From the NCBI GenBank assembly GCA_950097015.1, contig CATNEN010000034.1, forward strand, positions 4,774,001 to 4,838,000: a stretch of DNA of 64,000 nt, given 5' to 3'. Below the pieces are notes generated by a model. The model searched no databases. It worked only from the letters and a program-made list of their open reading frames with translations, and was not told the origin of the DNA. This document shows, piece by piece, positions 1 through 11,744 of this stretch. Position 1 is the first letter of the stretch; every line of letters starts with the position of its first letter. Made by a program: the position numbers and the translations under genes. The DNA comes from Macrostomum hystrix (taxonomy: Eukaryota > Animalia > Platyhelminthes).

Positions 1-1790
1 CTCATCTCTCCAATGTCTCATCTCTCCCCTGTCTCATCTCTCCCCTGTCTCACCTCTCCCCTGTCTCATCTCTCCCCTGTCTCATCTCTCCAATGTCTCA
101 TCTCTCCCCTGTCTCATCTCTCCCCTGTCTCATCTCTCCCCTGTCTCATCTCTCCCCTGTCTCACCTCTCCCTGTCTCATCTCTCCCCTGTCTCATCTCT
201 CCCCTGTCTCACCTCTCCCCTGTCTCATCTCTCCCCTGTCTCACCTCTCCCCTGTCTCACCTCTCCCCTGTCTTAACTCTTACCTGTCTCATCTCTCCCC
301 TGTCTCATCTCTCCTAAGTCTCATCTCTCCCCTGTCTCATCTCTCCCCTGTCTCATCTCTCCAATGTCTCATCTCTCCCCTGTCTCATCTCTCCCCTGTC
401 TCACCTCTCCCCTGTCTCATCTCTCCCCTGTCTCATCTCTCCAATGTCTCATCTCTCCCCTGTCTCATCTCTCCCCTGTCTCATCTCTCCCCTGTCTCAT
501 CTCTCCCCTGTCTCATCTCTCCCCTGTCTCATCTCTCCAATGTCTCATCTCTCCCCTGTCTCATCTCTCCCCTGTCTCACCTCTCCCCTGTCTCATCTCT
601 CCCCTGTCTCATCTCTCCAATGTCTCATCTCTCCCCTGTCTCATCTCTCCCCTGTCTCATCTCTCCCCTGTCTCATCTCTCCCCTGTCTCACCTCTCCCT
701 GTCTCATCTCTCCCCTGTCTCATCTCTCCCCTGTCTCACCTCTCCCCTGTCTCATCTCTCCCCTGTCTCATCTCTCCAATGTCTCATCTCTCCCCTGTCT
801 CATCTCTCCCCTGTCTCACCTCTCCCCTGTCTCATCTCTCCCCTGTCTCATCTCTCCAATGTCTCATCTCTCCCCTGTCTCATCTCTCCCCTGTCTCATC
901 TCTCCCCTGTCTCATCTCTCCCCTGTCTCACCTCTCCCTGTCTCATCTCTCCCCTGTCTCACCTCTCCCTGTCTTAACTCTTACCTGTCTCATGTCTCCC
1001 CTGTCTCATCTCTCCCCTGTCTCATCTCTCCCTTTCTCATCGCTCTCCTGTCTCATCTCTCCAATGTCTCATCTCTCCCTTGTCTCATCTCTCCCCTGTC
1101 TCATCTCTCCGCTGTCTCATCTCTCCCTGTCTCATCTCTGCCCTGTCTCATCTCTCCCTGTCTCATCTCTCCAATGTCTCATCTCTCCAATGTCTCATCT
1201 CTCCCCTGTCTCATCTCTCCCCTGTCTCATCTCTCCCCTGTCTCATCTCTCCCCTGTCTCATCTCTCCCCTGTCTCATCTCTCCAATGTCTCATCTCTCC
1301 CCTGTCTCATCTCTCCCCTGTCTCACCTCTCCCCTGTCTCATCTCTCCCCTGTCTCATCTCTCCAATGTCTCATCTCTCCCCTGTCTCATCTCTCCCCTG
1401 TCTCATCTCTCCCCTGTCTCATCTCTCCCCTGTCTCACCTCTCCCTGTCTCATCTCTCCCCTGTCTCATCTCTCCCCTGTCTCACCTCTCCCCTGTCTCA
1501 TCTCTCCCCTGTCTCATCTCTCCAATGTCTCATCTCTCCCCTGTCTCATCTCTCCCCTGTCTCACCTCTCCCCTGTCTCATCTCTCCCCTGTCTCATCTC
1601 TCCAATGTCTCATCTCTCCCCTGTCTCATCTCTCCCCTGTCTCATCTCTCCCCTGTCTCATCTCTCCCCTGTCTCATCTCTCCCCTGTCTCACCTCTCCC
1701 TGTCTCATCTCTCCCCTGTCTCACCTCTCCCTGTCTTAACTCTTACCTGTCTCATGTCTCCCCTGTCTCATCTCTCCTAAGTCTCATCTC
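1..1790. repeat. 16-bp minisatellite family A (TGTCTCATCTCTCCCC)n, truncated by the window edge; probably intronic in the transporter gene
   Basis: Over 100 tandem copies, with recurring variants TGTCTCACCTCTCCC and AATGTCTCATC. It ends about 65 nt before the acceptor at 1856. Confidence 0.97.
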
Positions 1791-1856
1791 TCAAGATGAT
1801 CTGGCTGATCAGTAATTGAGGAGGTCGTTAGGATCCCAGCGTGCACACGTCCGCAG

Positions 1857-3388
1857 GCTGACCGCAGCAACATCACCAACAGCAGCCGGAGGCCCGACGC
1901 CCTGGACCCCGGCCTTATAGACCTCAGCTGCAACCTGTTTGACACGCGCAAGGCCAAGTCCATCGATCCCCAGGCGCTGGTTGAGTTCAACAGCAAATTC
2001 TTTGTGAACGGAGTCGGCTTCCTGCTGCCCGTTCTCGGCGGCGTGCTGGCCGACGCCTGGCTGGGCTGCAAGCGGACCCTGACTGCTGGCTGCGGGCTCT
2101 ACCTCATCGGCAGCCTGATGTTCTACACAATGCTCCGCCTACCAGTCTGTCACCAGACTCTGCAGCTGCTCTCGCTTGTCGTGATGTCTGGCGCCGTGGG
2201 TTTCTGCAAGCCGTCGGTGGCTGTGCTGACCGCCGCCTACTGCCGGCCGCGGCTGGGGTTCGCGCCAACCTTCCTGCTGTATTACCTGTGCCTGAGCGCC
2301 GGCGAGTGCCTCGGCTGCCTGCTGAGCTTCACGGAGAGCGTCAGCCGGGTGCCACTGTTCGCGTACTGCCCGATAGCTGCCGCGGTCATGCTGTTGCTGG
2401 CCCTCCTGCTGGAGGACCGCCGCTCCGTCGTGACATTCCAGGCGCCTACTAGGCGTCGAATGATGCTGCACTTCAGCCAGTCTAGCACATTCATCGCCTG
2501 CATCGCCATCAGCCTCACCAGCTTCTACCTGTACGGTTTCGAGGTGAGCCTTTTCCAGTTTTATTATAATTTTCATTGAGATTATGATCATTGATCTACT
2601 TAGATAATCTTCGGATTCGAACTCATGACCTCCTTCAGCTGAGCAGCTACCTGAGCTGCCCCACCCGCCTGGATGAGCAGATCCATCTGACTCAGCTGTG
2701 GACCGTGTACTCATTCGTCATGATGCTCACCTGCGGCCTTCTGATTGGCTGCGTTCGCTACTCAGCTCGGCTCAGGCACCCGCAGACCCGCATCCTATTG
2801 GGCCTTGGCCTCTACACCGTCTCTCAGCTAGTTGCCATGGCAGCGAACCTCGGCGCTGACGCCCTGCCTTCGGCGGACCAGACCAGCCTCTTCCTCATCA
2901 TGGCGTGTCCGACGGCGCTGACCGCGGCAGCCGAGGCGTTGACTATTGCGGCTGGCTACGAGCTGACCTACTGCTCAGCCAAGCTGGGATGTAAGGCCTT
3001 CATCACCGGCGTGTACATCACCGTCTGGGGCCTCGGCTTCTTCTTCATGGGTCTCCTGCTGCTGTTGTTCACCCGCTTCCCGGCTGGCGAACCCTGGCTG
3101 GCCCCGGACCTAGCCAGGGTCGGCTCTCGAGTGCACTGGGCGCACCTGCTGCTGGGCGGCCTCCTCACCCTCGGCTTGGCCGCCTTCCAGTTCAGCTGCC
3201 GACCAATGGCGGGCGCCATCCAGTGCGAGGACGACCGCGACAGCACCAGCCACTTTGAGCCGGCCGAAGTGGCCGCAGCTGCGGCAGCCGCCGACGCCTC
3301 CTGGGACAACGTCGGCGATATTCAAGGCTCTCATCAGCGTCGACATCGACAAATTGGGTCTGGCGACATCATTAGAAGTCTGACCTGA
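1857..3388 (+). CDS. Divergent POT/PTR2 (SLC15-like) MFS transporter, 5'-partial; exons 1857-2543 and 2639-3388
   Basis: Acceptor ccgcag|GCT at 1856/1857 opens a stop-free frame through LLPVLGGVLADAWLG, which matches the POT/MFS P-x-x-G-G-x-x-A-D-x-W-L-G motif. Phase-0 intron GAG|gtgagc (2544) to ttcag|CTG (2638). Many hydrophobic TM-like segments; TGA at 3386-3388. The N-terminal ExxER motif is absent and presumably lies upstream of the window. Confidence 0.7.
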
Positions 3389-3573
3389 GTCGTAGAAGGC
3401 TTTAAAACATTATCGGCATCGTGTAAATTTACCTGGATTCGTAACAATCTTCCGTTTGTTTGAAATTTTCTTTGTATCGAATTAAGGATCTGGAGTCCCA
3501 TTGTGCTAGGTCTTTTGATTACATTGGATTGTTTATCTAGAACTCATTTCTGCTGGGCTGTTCTCAATATCGA

Positions 3574-3915
3574 GGGGGCGAGTGGCAGAGCGGTTATCGC
3601 ACCACGGTCCCTAAATTCGATTCCACGGCGAGGCCACATTCATTTGGGGCGCAGCCGCGGAGAGAAGGCTTGGGGGCTTGTCGTGCCATTTACGCCCTTG
3701 AGGGCCAACCTCCAAGGCACAGTGAAATGTACACTGCCTGACGATGAGAAAGTCAGGGCAGATGTACACACCTGTGTGAGCGTGTGCCTGTGTACAGTAT
3801 CTGTGTGCGTGTGTGCTCAGGAGTCAGCGCAATGGGCAGAATTGCCTCCTCGCTGGCTGCGGGTCTAGTGTCACCAAGTGGTGTGCCATTGCCCGCAGCC
3901 CTCCTGCAGTTATTT
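3574..3915 (+). mobile_element. tRNA-derived SINE-like element, copy 1
   Basis: A-box-like TGGCAGAGCGG and B-box-like TTCGATTCC at the 5' end, and a T-rich tail. About 330 nt align to the reverse complement of 10855-11186. Confidence 0.75.
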
Positions 3916-4156
3916 TTTTTCTTAATTTTAGATTCAAAGTCTAACCGTATATGCATTGAGTTGAATTGCTCAAGTTAACTATTTTGTAATGATAATAATA
4001 ATAAACGAGTTTACATCTTTTGTTTTTGCAACAAAAACTTACGAGTAGAATAAAAGTTGCGTCACCAAGACAATTACGACTAATATCTTACTCAATTACT
4101 TTGAGCAATTTTTTTCACAGCTGATCTCACATGTTTGAGTACCTGTGAGTAGCATA

Positions 4157-4686
4157 ACACTATCCTGAGAGCGACCTGACACTATCCTGAGAGCGACCTG
4201 ACACTATCCTGAGAGCGACCTGACACTATCCTGAGAGCGACCTGACACTATCCTGAGAGTGACCTGACACTATCCTGAGAGCGACCTGACACTATCCTGA
4301 GAGCGACCTGACACTATCCTGAGAGCGACCTGACACTATCCTGAGAGCGACCTGACACTATCCTGAGAGCGACCTGACACTATCCTGAGAGCGACCTGAC
4401 ACTATCCTGAGAGCGACCTGACACTATCCTGAGAGCGACCTGACACTATCCTGAGAGCGACCTGACACTATCCTGAGAGCGACCTGACACTATCCTGAGA
4501 GCGACCTGACACTATCCTGAGAGCGACCTGACACTATCCTGAGAGCGACCTGACACTATCCTGAGAGCGACCTGACACTATCCTGAGAGCGACCTGACAC
4601 TATCCTGAGAGCGACCTGACACTATCCTGAGAGCGACCTGACACTATCCTGAGAGCGACCTGACACTATCCTGAGAGCGACCTGAC
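4157..4686. repeat. 22-bp minisatellite (ACACTATCCTGAGAGCGACCTG)n, about 24 copies
   Basis: Near-perfect 22-nt period; only one variant unit seen (GAGAGTGACC near 4259). Confidence 0.97.
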
Positions 4687-4849
4687 CCAAGCGACCTGAC
4701 CCGACCTGTGTAGCTCGTAGTCGCTAGTGAAAAATTAAACGATTTTTTATCTCTAATCACCGAGAATTGGTGGCGACTTAAAATTATTTCTTCGCTCAAT
4801 TTTTTTCTAAAGCAATTTTTTCTGACAAAAATCTCTAGAATCCCTTAAA

Positions 4850-5572
4850 ATCTCATCCCCCTTAATTTTATCCCTTGAATTGGCATCCCCTCATCCCCTA
4901 GTATCTCATCCCCTAGAATCTCATACCATAGAATCTCATCCCCCAGAATATCATCCCATAGAATCTCATCCCATTGAATCTCATCCCCAGAATCTCATCC
5001 CATTGAATCTAGTGCCCTAGAATCTCATCTCATAGAATCTCATCCCCTAGAATCTCATCCCAAAGAATCTCATCCCAAAGAATCTCATCCCATAGAATCT
5101 CATCCCATAGAATCTCATCCCCTAGAATCTCATCCCATTGAATCTAGTGCCGAAGAATCTCATCCCCCCAGAATCCCATCCCCCAGAATCCCATCCCCCA
5201 GAATCTCATCCCCTAGAATCTCATCCCTTTGAATCTAGTGCCCCAGAATCTCATCCCATTGAATCGAGTGCCCTAGAATCTCATCTCATAGAATCTCATC
5301 CCCTAGAATCTCATCCCAAAGAATCTCATCCCATAGAATCTCATCCCATAGAATCTCATCCCCTAGAATCTCATCCCATTGAATCTAGTGCCGAAGAATC
5401 TCATCCCCCCAGAATCCCATCCCCCAGAATCCCATCCCCCAGAATCTCATCCCCTAGAATCTCATCCCTTTGAATCTAGTGCCCCAGAATCTCATCCCAT
5501 TGAATCGAGTGCCCCAGAATCTCATCCCATAGAATCTCATCCCATTGAATCTAGTGCCGAAGAATCTCATCC
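4850..5572. repeat. 15-bp minisatellite (GAATCTCATCCCCTA/CCATA)n with a ~241-bp higher-order duplication
   Basis: Tandem units; the variant blocks starting at 5138 and 5379 are near-identical. Confidence 0.93.
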
Positions 5573-6036
5573 CAATTATAGTTTCATACACATGAATATC
5601 GTCTGTTAGAATCACATCTACTCGCATAGGTTAGTTTCCTAGTCTCGCAGAATGCAGAAATTATGCAAAAGACAGGAAAATAGGCAATTTTTTGTCTGCG
5701 TGAAACGCTCGAAATACAAAAACAACGGTAAGGCGTAGCAGTTATATTTGATTACTATATAGCACAACTGAGAAAATTTTCTCTACGAAAACAAAACGCG
5801 GAAGTTTTTGATACACAATGAGCAATGCAGAGCACAAAATTTTAAATAAAATCGATGTGACAAAATTATCATTGGCTAGTACAGAAGTACTTACAGAAAG
5901 CGATGGACTTCTTATTAAAAAGATAGCTACAAAAATGAAGGAAGGATTGATTTTAGCACACAAAAACTGGGGATTTGACACATTTTCATGAACACAGAAA
6001 GTCAGGTAAATTGTTATAGAAAGAGGTAGTTGCCTT

Positions 6037-6680
6037 CTGAGGGGCCTGAAGGTTGGGGGGAACGGGGTGAGTAGCCTTCTGAGGGGCCTGAAGATTGGGG
6101 GGAACGGGGTGAGTTGCCTTCTGAGGGGCCTGAAGATTGGGGGGAACGGGGTGAGTTGCCTTCTGAGGGGCCTGAAGATTGGGGGGAACGGGGTGAGTAG
6201 CCTTCTGAGGGGCCTGAAGGTTGGGGGGAACGGGGTGAGTAGCCTTCTGAGGGTCCTGAAGGTTGGGGGGGAACGGGGTGAGTAGCCTTCTGAGGGGCCT
6301 GAAGGTTGGGGGGAACGGGGTGAGTAGCCTTCTAAGGGGCCTGAAGATTGGGGGAACGGTGTGGGTAGCCAACTGAGGGGCCTGAAGACTGGGGGAACGG
6401 GGTGAGTAGCCTTCTAAGGGGCCTGAAGATTGGGGGAACGGTGTGGGTAGCCAACTGAGGGGCCTGAAGACTGGGGGGAACGGGGTGAGTAGCCTTCTGA
6501 GGGGCCTGAAGGTTGGGGGGAACGGGGTGAGTAGCCTTCTAAGGGGCCTGAAGATTGGGGGAACGGTGTGGGTAGCCAACTGAGGGGCCTGAAGACTGGG
6601 GGAACGGGGTGAGTAGCCTTCTAAGGGGCCTGAAGACTGGGGGAACGGTGTGGGTAGCCAACTGAGGGGCCTGAAGATTG
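6037..6680. repeat. G-rich ~40-bp minisatellite (GGGGTGAGTAGCCTTCTGAGGGGCCTGAAGGTTGGGGGGAAC)n
   Basis: About 15 tandem units in two alternating subtypes, with several G4-6 runs per unit. Confidence 0.95.
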
Positions 6681-6768
6681 GTGTGAAGGATCGTTGTAGT
6701 TTGTGGAGAGCTAGTTTTCACAAAATATAAAAATTTCTAGATAATGTTCTCAATTGACTACTATTCTA

Positions 6769-6774
6769 TTTATT
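6769..6774 (-). promoter_or_regulatory. Candidate AATAAA polyadenylation signal of neuroD
   Basis: TTTATT on the + strand, about 80 nt past the neuroD stop, in AT-rich context. Confidence 0.4.
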
Positions 6775-6854
6775 TGCTAGTTTTTTAAAAAAAAATCAGC
6801 GACAAAGTTTTTGTTGCGTTAGTTTTAAATTTGAATGACGATATTCCCAATCGA

Positions 6855-7474
6855 CTACTCAGAGTTGGGCAGCTGAAAATACTCAAACCGGCCATTTAAG
6901 GACAGCTGATAGGTATCCTGCTGCAGCTGCTGTTGCTGATAACCAGAATGATGAGTTTCAACCTGTGTAGGCTGGTAGGTCGGAAGTTCGATTCCTGCAG
7001 ACGGATGTCGCAGCGCCGGTGGCGGACTCCAAGCCAGGGAGCTGAGATCGTCGGCTAGACAGTCGTCTTCGCTGACCAGCTGCTGCTGCTGCTGAGGCGG
7101 AGGTGTCAGAAGCCGAGGGTTGACCTGCAGTGAGCCAGCCAGCAGGTTGGCTGTACTCTGCGACAAGCCGCTGGTGAGAGTTCGCGCGAACTGCAGCGGA
7201 TCCGGCGGCTGACCGCAGCTGAGAATTTCGCTGAGTGCCAGGATGTAGTTGCGGGACAGGCGCAGGGTTTCAATCTTACTCAGCCTGTGGGCCTGGGAGC
7301 CGCAAGGGATGTACTGCCTGAGGGTCTCCAAGGCTTCGTTCAGGCCGTGCATCCGGCTGCGCTCGCGTGCGTTGGCGCGCACCCGACGCTGGCGCAGTTT
7401 GGCCACCCGCTCCGGCGTCATCTGCTTCTTCTTCGGGCCTCGCTTCTTTGGCACCTTGGCCGGCTCGGCGGAAC

Positions 7475-7518
<44 letters not shown>

Positions 7519-7610
7519 ACTGCTTTGGGCTGCTTGCTGACGGACTTCTTCTTCCGCTCCTTGGCCGGGCCGGCGGGCAGGCTGACGGCGTTCTCCTTTG
7601 TTGATGTCAT
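6855..7610 (-). CDS. neuroD: NeuroD-family bHLH transcription factor (251 aa, single coding exon)
   Basis: [12 protein letters not shown] upstream motif, b[27 protein letters not shown]...[21 protein letters not shown], and the NeuroD-specific extension [26 protein letters not shown]. Confidence 0.96.
7478..7518 (-). repeat. (GCA)n trinucleotide tract encoding about 14 Ala in NeuroD
   Basis: Pure (CTG)n on the + strand inside the CDS. Confidence 0.95.
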
Positions 7611-10600
7611 GTCTGCAGGAAGGGAATGCTTGTGTTTGAGAACAGTGACGGCACTCGGCCCTAGCTCTATGCTTTATTATACATTGGCAGATGTTGCTCA
7701 AACTGAGCCAGCCCAGCTGGAGTCATTGGTTGGAAGCGGCGGCGGAGGCGGGGTGGTTGGGCCCCCGCCTTCCCGTTGGCCAGCCACATTAATTAGCCCT
7801 CCGCTCCTCGAGCCCCATTGTGCCCATCAATTACCCTGGGGATCGGGATGAGACATCGGCTTCTCCCCGCGTCGCTTCTAAGGGATAAAATTCCCCGGGC
7901 CATTTTTGCGCAATCCCAATCATTTGTGTCCCGCGGAGCCTGTCCGCTGTTTCGCTTCTAGAAGAAAACTATGGAGGCCGCCTTCTCAAACTTTCAGCTC
8001 CCCCCATTGATTGGTGAGCCGACAGTTGCAGAAAGTGTGAAGCAGAAGCTATCAGTTTGCGCGTGGCTGATAACAAGCTCAGAACAATGGGACCAGTTTT
8101 ACGTCGGAGATCAATTTTTTTGCGCAATCACTTTTTTCAGTTTATCTACGAGTGTCAGGCGCAGATCACGTGACTGGGGTGTGTTCTCGTGTCACTATTT
8201 TATAGGACATCAATCAAAGTCTCTGAGGGCTGTAGGCGTGGCTTTCTTAGAAATACCAATTTCTGGCGGTCTTTGTCTTGACCAATCAATCTGCCGGTCA
8301 GCCAGTAGCTCATATCAGTTTTTTATTTCCCTTCTAACGGCAATGAAGTCGGCACAAAGAGAAGACTAACACAGAGCGGTGAAGCGAGAACTATATAGCA
8401 TCTAAGGCTGATTCGATTTGACTTGAGTCAGTGCTTGAGTCTCCTGCTTCTGCAGTTCCACTGGCGATTGTTTAAGATGCCCCGAAATAGACTAAATTAA
8501 TCCGCGGTCCGGGTCTACAGTGTGTGATTCACCCACGCAAATGCACAGCCTCCCTTAACTGTAGTTAATTAGATTCTACCACCACAATCCTTCATTTCTG
8601 CTTCTGAAATTGATAATCTAATTTTCCTGAACCTCTCAGTGCAGATTCTTATTGGAGACGTCTATGTTACTCGTGGATGAGTCATTCGTGTCTCAACATT
8701 CAGGAAAGTTTAGTCTGAACTAATGATTTATATTACAGATTTTAAAACCTACAATGTGTGAGATTCGGAACTTTCTGTGTGAGATTTGGACACTTCAGTG
8801 TGAGATTTGAACACTTCAGTGTGAGATTTGACGTAGTATCGAGGCCACCAAAAACCGGGTACAAGTCTCATTTGGTTTAATTTCGTCTCTTTCGCTTTTT
8901 TAAAATGTGTTGCATTGATTCATTCAGAAAGGCAAAAATTCAACTAAATTAAATTTGCTTTACACATTTTTTAGCTTCAGTCTCTGCCTAAAGCAAGGAT
9001 CTTAACCAACAGTTTTGCCATTATCTTTTCCTCTAAAAGCGGTTATCTGAAAGCAACAGGAAATAAAAAATCTGCAAATTCTGACCTAATCCCTTATCTC
9101 TACGTCATGTCGAGTTTTGGTTGCTAGGCCACTTTAACAATGTCGATTTTGTCACAAAATTGTGACATGTCAAAACCGAAATATGTTTTATCAATAGAGT
9201 TAGTAAGCGAAAAAATGATTGACACATGGCTGATAAATGAAAAACTGCTTTCTCTAATCTAATCTTAGAACTAAAAAGTCTAACTTTAATTCTTATTCCT
9301 CACATGCGATATTTGGGAGTTCATTCAATGGCTTGTTTGGCAACTGACAACTGACGTGGGAGATTTCTCCCCTAGCAATGATGCAACTCAGTCCAGAATC
9401 TCATCATCTTTCGATCTTTCGTTCTGAAAGCGGTCCAGCGAATCTGCTTGAGACTATACTCAAAGATTCGGAGACAGAGAGCCAGTCTGAGATACTCAAA
9501 ACGGCCCAGCAACCAGGGTGGTGGGTCTGAGAGACAGTGTTGGTGTCGAAGGTGTTGACAAACTCAAAAGCGCTTTGGAAAATTAATTCTTGGAGCAGGC
9601 ACTGAAGTGAGCGGCACAATGAACCCCCCTCCGGCTAAAGAGGGTCCGGCAATTCTTATTGTTTTAGCCGCGTTTCCTAGTTCCGCTAATAACTAATGGC
9701 CCGTAAGAGTGACTGACCACACAGCACAATGCCTAGGGGGGGGGGGTAGGCGACTCAAAACTATGAGTGGTTGGTGGGGTAGAGTTGCAGGCAACCGGTA
9801 GTTGATTAGGCTAATGTTTGTTGCCAAGGCCCTATGCTATACTTGTTAAACCCGAAAAAAATTATATTTTTCAATTTTAATAATTTTCTCTCGCCTGATC
9901 GTATTTTGACTTTGTTCTTTGAAGTTTGAAAAATTCATTAAACCCCATAACGGTTTTTCACAATTCTTTCATTAATATCTGATAACGGAATCTAATATAT
10001 GCGTAGTGCTCAATTCTCATGAGTTGAGTTTCGTTGCCAAGTCAAACGAGTTAGTGTGGTAGATCCCTGCTTGTCAATCTTCTGTTGACCAGTAAACAAG
10101 AATGGACAGACCTGATACTGATCTCGCGCTATAAAATGAGATTTCAAGATCACTTATATTGAGCACAGATAGAACAATGCAAATAGGTCGGGTGCTTTAC
10201 GATTCAAACATTCTCCCAAATCAAATCTCTGTCTATTCCTGCCAAATGACGGCTAGTTTCCTGCTCGACTACTCAGGAAATGAGATAGAGGGAGAGAAGG
10301 AAGTGGGGTGGCTATGTCTACAGTCGCCTAAGCAACAGTGCCCCCCCTACCGGGGGTCTCCATTAAAGTTTTCCCACCCAATCCAACCCGTTGTTTCCGC
10401 ATGACTGGACAATCCCAACTCCCATAACTCCCATAGAGATCCCCAGATTTTATCCCCAGTGGGATACTATAGAGTTCCGTGCGTGCCCGCCCCAGTGTGT
10501 GGGTCACTAAGAGGCATAGGAACCGGGCCGGACCCCTCTGTCATTAATTTCTCCCATTTACTGACTGTTATCACGCGACTCCTCCCCTGACTGGGTTGCT

Positions 10601-10854
10601 GGTGGGGTGGGGCGAGTGATTTGGACGCTGTCCAACTCCTAAATTATGAACTATTTGATGCCGGCTCAATATTAATTTATTTGAGACCGGGGAGACAAAG
10701 GGTCTTCACGCCTCAGTGGGCTCTGTTTGTTTACATTGACAACGCTTACTTAGAGTGTCTATGTGGTCCAAGATTTAGGTAGACTTTCATTCGGCACCAC
10801 ACTTTTAGGAATAAATAGGTAAATCAAGCCTTTTTAGATACAGACAGATAAATT

Positions 10855-11186
10855 AATAAAACTGATTGGAGGAGTGCTGCAGAAAATGGCACATCGTTTG
10901 GTGACACTAGACCCGCAGCCAGCGAGAAGGCAATTCTGCCCATTTCGCTGACTCCTGAGCACACACGAACACAGGTGTGTACAACTGTACATCTGCCCTG
11001 AGTTTCTCATTATCAGGCAGTACAAACTTTCACTAATATCTTGGAGGTTGGCCCTCAAGGGCGACAAGCCCCCAAAGCCTTCTCTCCGCGGCTGCGCCCC
11101 AAATAAATGTGGCCTCGCCGCGGAATCGAGCTCAGGGACCTTGGTGCGAGAGGAAGACGCGTTAACTGCTCTGCCACTGACCCCCC
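10855..11186 (-). mobile_element. tRNA-derived SINE-like element, copy 2
   Basis: Reverse complement reads GGGGGGTCAGTGGCAGAGCAGTTAACG...GAGCTCGATTCCGCGGCGAGGCCACATTTATTTGGGGCGCAGCCGCGGAGAGAAGGC..., colinear with 3574-3915. Confidence 0.75.
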
Positions 11187-11744
11187 AAAGACAGACAATA
11201 AAACAATTTTAGAGATGTAAAATTTTGATGCTACAAATTGATTTGCTCGGGCGATTACTTTAAATGTATCAATTAGAATCACAGCAACAAAAGTACAAAG
11301 TTACTTACCCGAAGAGCGATTCAAAAGTATTTCGTCACCGTTTTAAACAAATAGCAGGAGTTAATCCCGTTTCTTAATAACCCAATGCGGAATTGAGTAC
11401 ACTGATCTACAGTGTGAGCTTGCCACATGCGGTATTTATCCCTCTTTATCGAGTTGGGATTTGGGATGGGGAAAAATCGGTGGCGGGGAGACAGTGGAGA
11501 CGCAGCCAATGGCATCGGTTTATCCCAAAAAACTGCCAACCAACTCATCCATGTTCTCAGAGAGTTAGTTTTCATTCTGACAGACAGACCGCTTGACTAA
11601 AAAATTTTGTCACTGGAGCAAAGACTATCAAAAGAAAAAAGAAAAATAGTGGAACAGTTTTCAATCACCATTGAATTATTTTGCAAAACTTTCCAAAAAA
11701 CTAAATAAAATCCAAAATACTTCAGCCAGCCGGATCGACAAATG

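Noticed and set aside
13-1815. Long SHLSPVSSLPCLI ORFs (also at 11597-12331, 42418-43242, 52318-53274)
   Set aside because: Translations of the 16-bp minisatellite, which is open in several frames because the unit lacks stops.
4157-4686. CRISPR-like appearance of the regular 22-36-bp repeats (also 39555, 40505, 44805)
   Set aside because: Units are contiguous with no unique spacers, there are no cas genes, and the context is eukaryotic.
7249-8369. ORFs overlapping or upstream of neuroD, and antisense ORFs over the transporter, otopetrin and EML exons
   Set aside because: Shadow frames of GC-rich coding DNA, or lacking any recognisable motif or splice support.
9120-9132. GTTGCTAGGCCAC, an RFX-like site upstream of neuroD
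   Set aside because: Mismatch in the AAC half-site and no promoter context; expected by chance.
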